Source of the DNA: Vibrio cholerae ATCC 14035
GTDB taxonomy: Bacteria; Pseudomonadota; Gammaproteobacteria; Enterobacterales; Vibrionaceae
Direction of reading: 5' to 3'
Assembly (NCBI RefSeq): GCF_000621645.1
Contig: NZ_JHXR01000016.1
Location: 1 to 32,000 of the forward strand
Length of the DNA stretch: 32,000 bases
The position numbers and the translations under genes were made by a program. The notes under the pieces are model-generated. The model was given only the letters and a program-made list of their open reading frames with translations. It was not told where the DNA came from and ran no database searches. Below, in pieces: positions 26,180 to 32,000 of the stretch. Position 1 is the stretch's first letter. Each line of letters opens with the position of its first letter.

Positions 26180-26249
26180 ACATAATTGGTTGGGGTTTCT
26201 TAGACCCCAATCAATAAGCCTCATTTATAGTAAGGATAGACTCGCCGGC

Positions 26250-27947
26250 ATGAACATATCCCTCACGCAATTTTTACACACCAAGGTCTGCCAGACGCTT
26301 TCGTTTCAACAGAGGGTTGGCGCTCTTTTGGTGGCTATGGTGGTGATCCAGCTTTCGCTGGTGGCTGGCTTTTTTCATCAAACCTTAAGTGAAACCTTAC
26401 AAGATCAGATCAGCACCAAAGCGCTAATCCAAGCGCGCGAAATTGCGACCGATCCCAATCTCATTGTGCTGATCCAACAAAATCGGCTTGCTGAAGTGCA
26501 GGCCAAAATCGATCGTTTACAACGCATCTCGGATGCCAATTTTATTGTGATTGGTGATGCCAATGGCATTCGCATCGCGCATCCAGATGAGCAAAAAATC
26601 GGTTTACCGATGCAAGGCGGTGACAGCCGTCGTGCATTAAAAGAGGGCGAATATTACACCTCAACCCAAAAAGGCAGCCTAGGCTGGGCCATTCGTGGCA
26701 AAGCCGCGATTGTCGCCCCTTCGGGAGAGATCCTCGGCGTGGTTTCTGTTGGCTACCTGCTCGATAACATCAGCAGTTGGCTGCGGGTTTACTCCTACCC
26801 AGTGATTTTCACTGTGCTGCTTTTAATGCTGCTTTCTGCGCTCGGCGCGTGGATCTTTACCCGCCATATCAAACAGCAGATGTTCAATATGGAGCCGGAA
26901 GAGATCGCCATGAACCTCAACCTACAGCAGTCGATTTTACAAAGTGTGTATGAAGGTATCGTCGCGATCAGCTTGAAAGGGGAAATCCTGTCCGTCAATG
27001 CTAAGGCACTGAATATTTTGGGTATTGCCCATCAGCCGACCCATTTGATTGGGCGTAATGTTCAAGAGTTCATCACTCCAACCTGCTTTTTTATGGGCGC
27101 AAGCCCGTTTGGCAAGTTGGCGCAGCAAAACCGTGTCAGCCAGCAAGATGAACTGATCAGCTGTAATGGTGAAACCTTGGTCGCGAATCGGGTACCGATC
27201 AATTCTGGCCAGCAGCAAATCGGCTGGGTGGTCAGCTTTCGTCGCCGCAATGATTTCAACACACTCACCTCGCAGCTCACCCAGATCCGTCAACATAACG
27301 ATAATCTGCACGTGATGAGTCACGAGTTTGCCAACCGCCTCTCGACCATCGGCGGCTTAATTCAAATCGGTGCGTACGACGAAGCAGTGAAAACCATTCG
27401 CCGCGAAACGGCAGAGCAGCAACAGCTGATCGATTTCATCGCCCAAACTTTTCACCCGAAAGTGATCGCGGGGTTACTGCTGGGAAAATACAGCCGCGCC
27501 AAAGAGTTAGGACTGTGTTTAGAGTTCGATCCGCTATCGCATCTGCACCAAGAGCCGCAGTGCATGACTTCAGATGAACTGGCGGCGGTACTTGGCAATC
27601 TGCTGGATAACGCGTTTGAAGCCACGCTAAAAAATCCACACAGCAATAAAACCATTTCTCTGCTGCTGACCGATAACGGTGCGGAGTTGGTGATTGAAGT
27701 GGCGGACAACGGCATCGGGATCTCGGCCGACATCGCCCAAACTTTGTTTCTCAAGGGAGTGAGTAGCAAAAACCAAGAAGGACACGGTATCGGACTTTAC
27801 CTTGTCCATCAATTTGTCACTCAGGCTCATGGATCGATTCTTATCGACAGTGCGGAGCCGCAAGGGACTATTTTTTCTATTTTTATTCCCAATAGACCCA
27901 AAACGCTTGCGGCGGAAAACCTTCCAGCGCTTGCCGAACGGGCATAA
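26250..27947 (+). CDS. citA: Citrate sensor histidine kinase (CitA/DcuS family)
   Basis: Two TM helices flank a periplasmic PAS-like domain, followed by a cytoplasmic PAS, the H-box HVMSHEFANRL, and an ATPase domain with N, G1 and G2 boxes (LLDNAFEA, DNGIGI, GHGIGL). I prefer ATG 26250 to the TTG at 26190. Confidence 0.88.
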   Translation: MNISLTQFLHTKVCQTLSFQQRVGALLVAMVVIQLSLVAGFFHQTLSETLQDQISTKALIQAREIATDPNLIVLIQQNRLAEVQAKIDRLQRISDANFIVIGDANGIRIAHPDEQKIGLPMQGGDSRRALKEGEYYTSTQKGSLGWAIRGKAAIVAPSGEILGVVSVGYLLDNISSWLRVYSYPVIFTVLLLMLLSALGAWIFTRHIKQQMFNMEPEEIAMNLNLQQSILQSVYEGIVAISLKGEILSVNAKALNILGIAHQPTHLIGRNVQEFITPTCFFMGASPFGKLAQQNRVSQQDELISCNGETLVANRVPINSGQQQIGWVVSFRRRNDFNTLTSQLTQIRQHNDNLHVMSHEFANRLSTIGGLIQIGAYDEAVKTIRRETAEQQQLIDFIAQTFHPKVIAGLLLGKYSRAKELGLCLEFDPLSHLHQEPQCMTSDELAAVLGNLLDNAFEATLKNPHSNKTISLLLTDNGAELVIEVADNGIGISADIAQTLFLKGVSSKNQEGHGIGLYLVHQFVTQAHGSILIDSAEPQGTIFSIFIPNRPKTLAAENLPALAERA

Positions 27948-27960
27948 GAAGAGTTTGATT

Positions 27961-28644
27961 ATGATGGAATTAATCGACGTATTGATCGTAGAGGATGAAA
28001 CGAGTATTGCTGACGTGCACAGCTTTTATCTCAAACAAACCGCCCGCTTTCGCCCAGTCGGCGTGGCTCAAAGTATCAACGAAGCGCGCAATATGGTGCG
28101 CATTCTCAAACCTAAACTGATTTTCTTGGATAACTACCTGCCTGATGGTCGTGGCATTGAGTTTTTGAAAGAGCTAACCCATCAACCACAAGCGCCGGAT
28201 GTCATTTTTATCACCGCCGCTTCGGATATGGAGACCGTGCGCGAAGCCGTACGCTGCGGGGTTTTTGATTACCTGTTAAAACCGATCGCCTACGATCGAG
28301 TACAAAACTCGCTGGAACGGTATCTGAAGTACATCAGCTCGCTGCGCGCCAATGACAGTGTGAATCAAAGACACGTCGATGAGCTATTTAATTTTCAAGC
28401 CAAAACCGAGCAGCTTGATGGGTTGCCGAAAGGGATTGATGAGCTGACCTTAATCAAAATCCAAGAGATTTATCACCATGAACCGCAAGCGGCCTACACC
28501 GCAGAATTGTTAGGACAAGCGATTGGGATCAGCAAAACCACGGCCAGACGTTATTTGGAATATTGTGTGGCCAGTGGTTTTCTGGAAGCCTGTATTCAGC
28601 ATGGTCGGGTGGGCCGTCCCGAACGACTTTATCAAAAGCGCTAA
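27961..28644 (+). CDS. citB: Citrate-responsive response regulator (CitB/DcuR family)
   Basis: The receiver domain begins MMELIDVLIVEDE...FLDNYLPDG. The C-terminal HTH is LLGQAIGISKTTARRYLE. ATG 27961 lies 11 nt after the citA stop. Confidence 0.88.
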   Translation: MMELIDVLIVEDETSIADVHSFYLKQTARFRPVGVAQSINEARNMVRILKPKLIFLDNYLPDGRGIEFLKELTHQPQAPDVIFITAASDMETVREAVRCGVFDYLLKPIAYDRVQNSLERYLKYISSLRANDSVNQRHVDELFNFQAKTEQLDGLPKGIDELTLIKIQEIYHHEPQAAYTAELLGQAIGISKTTARRYLEYCVASGFLEACIQHGRVGRPERLYQKR

Positions 28645-28677
28645 CCCACTCAGCATGCCGAATGCATCAGGCATGAG

Positions 28678-28950
28678 TTACAAAGTGTAGTGAAAGGGGA
28701 TCACTTCGGTGCTCTCCCCTATTTCCAACATTCCTTCTAAGTTGTTGCTGTGACACTGACAAAGTGGGATCACAAATACCCCTTCTTCATCTTTATCGCA
28801 TTTCACTAGCATCGCCTGAGAAGATGGCGTTAAGCAGTTAATCTCAGCGCAAAACGCCTGATTATCACGGCTAAAGTGCTGCCAATAGGCCAACCAATTT
28901 TCTCGCGCTTGGGCAGAAGCCAAATCTCTAGAAACTTTTCTTACTAACAT
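28678..28950 (-). CDS. Small Cys-rich hypothetical protein
   Basis: 90-aa ORF with Cys/His spaced as C-x5-C ... C ... C-x-C-H (FCAEINC, LVKCDKD, PLCQCHSN). No family recognised. Confidence 0.45.
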   Translation of the reverse strand: MLVRKVSRDLASAQARENWLAYWQHFSRDNQAFCAEINCLTPSSQAMLVKCDKDEEGVFVIPLCQCHSNNLEGMLEIGESTEVIPFHYTL

Positions 28951-29115
28951 CGCATCACCACTGTGGCTATTGAGTCGCCCTATTACAATGGATTTCGACT
29001 CCGCTAAGCATGAAGCGATTCAAAGTTCGCCGTAGCGATAAAAATCTTATTGGTTTTTATGTGGTTATCTTCAATTCCGATTTAATCAACTCGTTGAGTC
29101 ATCGACTAGGAGGAC

Positions 29116-29445
29116 TCACTGTGTATAACGGAAAATGGTGCGATTTAAACCTAGCGGCTCACCGAGCCAGCGGATACGGTCGTCTTGATGATCGTAAGCA
29201 TCATCGCCCGATACCGGATGGATCAGTACACTCAGCGCACCGCGATTTTCCTCTAACCATTCCAGTAAGCCGTGTTGGTTATCGCGAAAATGCATTTCAA
29301 ACATCGGCTTAACATGCGGGCCAACACGACGCGGAACTAAACCAAATAACGCGATCACATCACGGCGTTCACGGGCAATTTGTTGGCGAAAGCGCTCCGC
29401 GACAATCGCTTGGTCTGGGTCAAAATAAACATGGGCATGGAACAT
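29116..29445 (-). CDS. DOPA 4,5-dioxygenase family protein
   Basis: MFHAHVYFDP...VGPHVKPMFE...LSVLIHPVSGDD..DH...WLGEPL matches the DOPA_dioxygen family pattern. GGAG lies upstream. Confidence 0.72.
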   Translation of the reverse strand: MFHAHVYFDPDQAIVAERFRQQIARERRDVIALFGLVPRRVGPHVKPMFEMHFRDNQHGLLEWLEENRGALSVLIHPVSGDDAYDHQDDRIRWLGEPLGLNRTIFRYTQ

Positions 29446-29569
29446 AGTAACTCCTTAGGAGAGAACAACAGGACGAGGTCAGCATAGCGCTACACTAAAC
29501 ACAATATCAGCAGTCGAATTTGCACAATAAGGTCGATTTCTTCGAACGAGAGTGCAAAATACACCGCCC

Positions 29570-30502
29570 CTATAGCGTAGAATCGCGATCGGTTTGGCTA
29601 ACCTGCACCGGAATTTGCTTTTGCAACCACTGGCAAAAAACTTGCGTCGCGTCAGTGGCTTGGTGAGTAATCAAAAAGTAGCCAGCCTTGGCTCGAATGG
29701 GAGCAAACGGGGTAACCAAACGCCCTGTATCGAGTTCGTTTGAAAGTAAGGCAGTACGCGCCATTGCAATCCCCACTCCGGCCTCTGCAGCTGACATCGC
29801 CATATCCGTGCGGTTGAAGTAGTGATCACGCCGCTCAGGCAAGGTAATTCCCATCTGGTGAGCCCAGTAGTGCCACTCTTGGTCGCGTGCCGCATTCGCC
29901 CACGGCATTGCATCATGCAATAAAACCACTTGCTGCCAAGCTTCGGAGTTAGCCCAATCCTCCTGTAACCAAGAATGGGCTGCGAGATAGTTCGTGCTCA
30001 TCACGGGCAATAACCACTCCTCCATCAATAACTGCGCATCTCGCCGTGGATAAGGTAACGCGCCATAATCAATCGCCAGATCGTAATCACGCCGCTCACT
30101 ATCGACCAACGCGCCTTCCGCGAACGTCTGAATCTGAATCTCAGGATGACGGCGATAAAAGTCCTCTAGCCGCGGAACCAACCATTTAAACGCAAATGAT
30201 GGCGTCAGTTTCAGCCGGATCTCTTTTCGCTCCGTTGATGGCACTAAACTGTGAATTGTCTGCTCAATATCTTGATAGCTACGTTGCACCGTTGTCAGTA
30301 AGATTCGTCCTGCCTCAGTTAAACGTACCCCGCGAGAGTGCCGTTCAAATAAGCTAAAACCCAACTGCGCTTCTAACTGCAACATTTGTTGGCTGATCGC
30401 CCCCGTGGTGAGATGGAGAGCCGCAGCAGCTAAACTAAAGCTGGTGTATTGAGCTACCTGCATAAAAGTATGCAGACTGGCAACTTGCTGGCTTTTTAAC
30501 AT
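29570..30502 (-). CDS. LysR-family transcriptional regulator
   Basis: It has the N-terminal HTH LHTFMQVAQYTSFSLAAAALHLTTGAISQQMLQLE..LGFSLFER and a C-terminal LysR substrate-binding domain. It is divergent from dadA. Confidence 0.88.
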   Translation of the reverse strand: MLKSQQVASLHTFMQVAQYTSFSLAAAALHLTTGAISQQMLQLEAQLGFSLFERHSRGVRLTEAGRILLTTVQRSYQDIEQTIHSLVPSTERKEIRLKLTPSFAFKWLVPRLEDFYRRHPEIQIQTFAEGALVDSERRDYDLAIDYGALPYPRRDAQLLMEEWLLPVMSTNYLAAHSWLQEDWANSEAWQQVVLLHDAMPWANAARDQEWHYWAHQMGITLPERRDHYFNRTDMAMSAAEAGVGIAMARTALLSNELDTGRLVTPFAPIRAKAGYFLITHQATDATQVFCQWLQKQIPVQVSQTDRDSTL

Positions 30503-30512
30503 GGACTTGCTT

Positions 30513-30525
30513 TTAGTTTTACTAA
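30513..30525. promoter_or_regulatory. Candidate LysR box (T-N11-A) in the LysR/dadA divergent region
   Basis: TTAGTTTTACTAA is the inverted repeat TTAGT-N3-ACTAA and fits T-N11-A. It lies 11 nt from the LysR start codon. Confidence 0.4.
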
Positions 30526-30602
30526 AGGGTGGTGATAATTTTTATCGATTGTTAATGAAAAGTAAACCTCCGAAACTGAGCCGAAAATGAAGCAAGGAGT
30601 CA

Positions 30603-31868
30603 ATGATGGAAGTTTTGGTTTTAGGCAGTGGTGTGGTCGGATTAACCAGCGCTTGGTATCTTGCGCAGGCAGGCCATGATGTCACCGTCGTCGATCGCCA
30701 ACCACGTGGCGCCGAAGAAACCAGCTTTGCGAACGCAGGGCAAATCTCCTATGGCTACTCTTCCCCTTGGGCTGCGCCGGGCATTCCGCAAAAAGCGCTA
30801 AAATGGATGCTGGAAAAACATGCACCACTCAAAATCCAACCCTCGCTTGATCCTGCATTACTGAGCTGGATGGGCAAAATGCTGCTCAACTGCCAGTTGT
30901 CGCGCTACCAAGTTAACAAATCGCGGATGTTGGCGATTGCCAACTATAGCCGCGAGTGTTTAAAAGCGCTCAATCAAACCTATTCGCTCGATTACCAAGG
31001 CCGCCAACGCGGTACTTTGCAGGTATTTCGTGATGAAAAGCAGTTAACCGCGATTGAAAAAGACATGCAGCTTCTGGCGCAAAGTGGCGTACGTTTTGAG
31101 TTACTGAATGTCGCCCAGTGTCTGACTCATGAACCGGGGCTCGCCCCTGTGCAGGAAAAACTGGTGGGCGGCCTATGGCTGCCGGATGACGAAACGGGCG
31201 ATTATTACTTGTTTTGCCAACAGTTAACCGAACTGGCCAAGCAACAGGGTGTACGTTTTCATTTTGACTGCCACATTCAGCAACTGGTTTGTGAGGGCAA
31301 AAAGATCATCGGTGTCCAAACCGATTTAGGCTTGCTCAAAGCGGATGCTTATGTAGTCGCATTGGGCAGTTATTCGACCTCATTGCTTAAACCGCTGGGG
31401 ATTGAAATTCCTGTCTACCCAGTAAAAGGATACTCGTTAACCTTACCGATTATTGATGAAAAATTTGCGCCGCAATCGACCGTGATGGATGAAACCTATA
31501 AGGTTGCACTGACTCGCTTTTCCGATCGGATCCGCGTGGCGGGAACGGCTGAGTTAGCGGGTTTTGATCCAGCGATTCCAGAAGCACGTAAAGCGACGAT
31601 TGAGATGGTCGCGCGTGATTTGTTTCCGCACGGCGGCGATTTTGCAAAAGGGCAATTCTGGACCGGTTTTCGTCCCATGACTCCCGATGGCACACCAATC
31701 ATCGGTGCCACTCCCTATACCAATCTCTATACAAATACTGGGCATGGCACACTGGGATGGACCATGGCTTGCGGATCCGCCAGTATTCTGGCCGATGTGC
31801 TCACCCATGGCGAAAGCCCGCTCAGCCGTTTGGGGCTAGATCTGTTCCGTTATCCGAAAGCATCTTAA
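30603..31868 (+). CDS. dadA: D-amino acid dehydrogenase
   Basis: (M)MEVLVLGSGVVGLTSAWYLAQAGHDVTVVDR is an FAD Rossmann fold and the sequence is DadA-like throughout. AAGGAG lies upstream. The second ATG (30606) may be the true start. Confidence 0.9.
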   Translation: MMEVLVLGSGVVGLTSAWYLAQAGHDVTVVDRQPRGAEETSFANAGQISYGYSSPWAAPGIPQKALKWMLEKHAPLKIQPSLDPALLSWMGKMLLNCQLSRYQVNKSRMLAIANYSRECLKALNQTYSLDYQGRQRGTLQVFRDEKQLTAIEKDMQLLAQSGVRFELLNVAQCLTHEPGLAPVQEKLVGGLWLPDDETGDYYLFCQQLTELAKQQGVRFHFDCHIQQLVCEGKKIIGVQTDLGLLKADAYVVALGSYSTSLLKPLGIEIPVYPVKGYSLTLPIIDEKFAPQSTVMDETYKVALTRFSDRIRVAGTAELAGFDPAIPEARKATIEMVARDLFPHGGDFAKGQFWTGFRPMTPDGTPIIGATPYTNLYTNTGHGTLGWTMACGSASILADVLTHGESPLSRLGLDLFRYPKAS

Positions 31869-31921
31869 ATGCGCGGCTTTTTGGCTCTGCCTGCAGGAGC
31901 ATGGCAGAGTCATCTCTCACA

Positions 31922-31950
31922 ATCCGCACGCCATCCGCACGCCATCCGCA
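31922..31950. repeat. Short tandem 11-bp repeat (ATCCGCACGCC x2.6)
   Basis: ATCCGCACGCC ATCCGCACGCC ATCCGCA, downstream of dadA and just after a CTCTGCC/GGCAGAG hairpin (31885-31909). Confidence 0.6.
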
Positions 31951-32000
31951 GTGTAAAACTCCAATAAGCTGACTAAATTATGGTCATTTCTTATTTATTT

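Noticed and set aside
29010-29312. 100-aa + strand ORF
   Set aside because: It is mostly antisense to the DOPA-dioxygenase-family gene, which has clear family motifs. This ORF has no motifs of its own.

Overview
This looks like a Vibrio (cholerae-like) chromosomal segment. That assignment is my recognition from gene content and repeats; I ran no search. The window has two parts.

Part 1 (1-9027) is an AT-richer accessory stretch:
- A complete IS481-family insertion sequence (1-1027).
- A degenerate copy of the tmRNA (ssrA) 3' end followed by an intrinsic terminator (1208-1270). This looks like the att scar or boundary of an ssrA-integrated island lying to the left of the window.
- A co-directional (+ strand) run of defence- or toxin-like genes. 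First comes a HipA-family kinase with a downstream, ATGA-coupled XRE-HTH partner, preceded by three evenly spaced palindromic operators.
- Then a small-molecule-type SAM methyltransferase abuts a 979-aa fusion protein. That protein carries a single-HKD PLD nuclease, an SF2 (DEFH) helicase, a long middle/C-terminal region, and an apparently intact UmuD/LexA-type S24 self-cleavage domain.
- Then a NERD-domain protein whose expected topoisomerase-type double zinc ribbon lies out of frame behind an A8 tract.
- A convergent DUF3592-like membrane protein closes the stretch.

Part 2 (9028-32000) is ordinary core genome:
- Two inverted ERIC-type repeats bracket six housekeeping genes: a SWIM protein, a membrane protein, a COG2509-like FAD oxidoreductase, fdxA, a TrmH-family methyltransferase and an ACT protein.
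- A complete citrate-fermentation regulon follows: citCDEFXG divergent from citS-oadGAB-citAB.
- After it come a small Cys-rich protein, a DOPA-dioxygenase-family protein, a LysR regulator and dadA.

No rRNA, intact tRNA or CRISPR array was seen. The most interesting candidate for an undescribed system is the methyltransferase / PLD-helicase-S24 / NERD cassette at 3843-8380.
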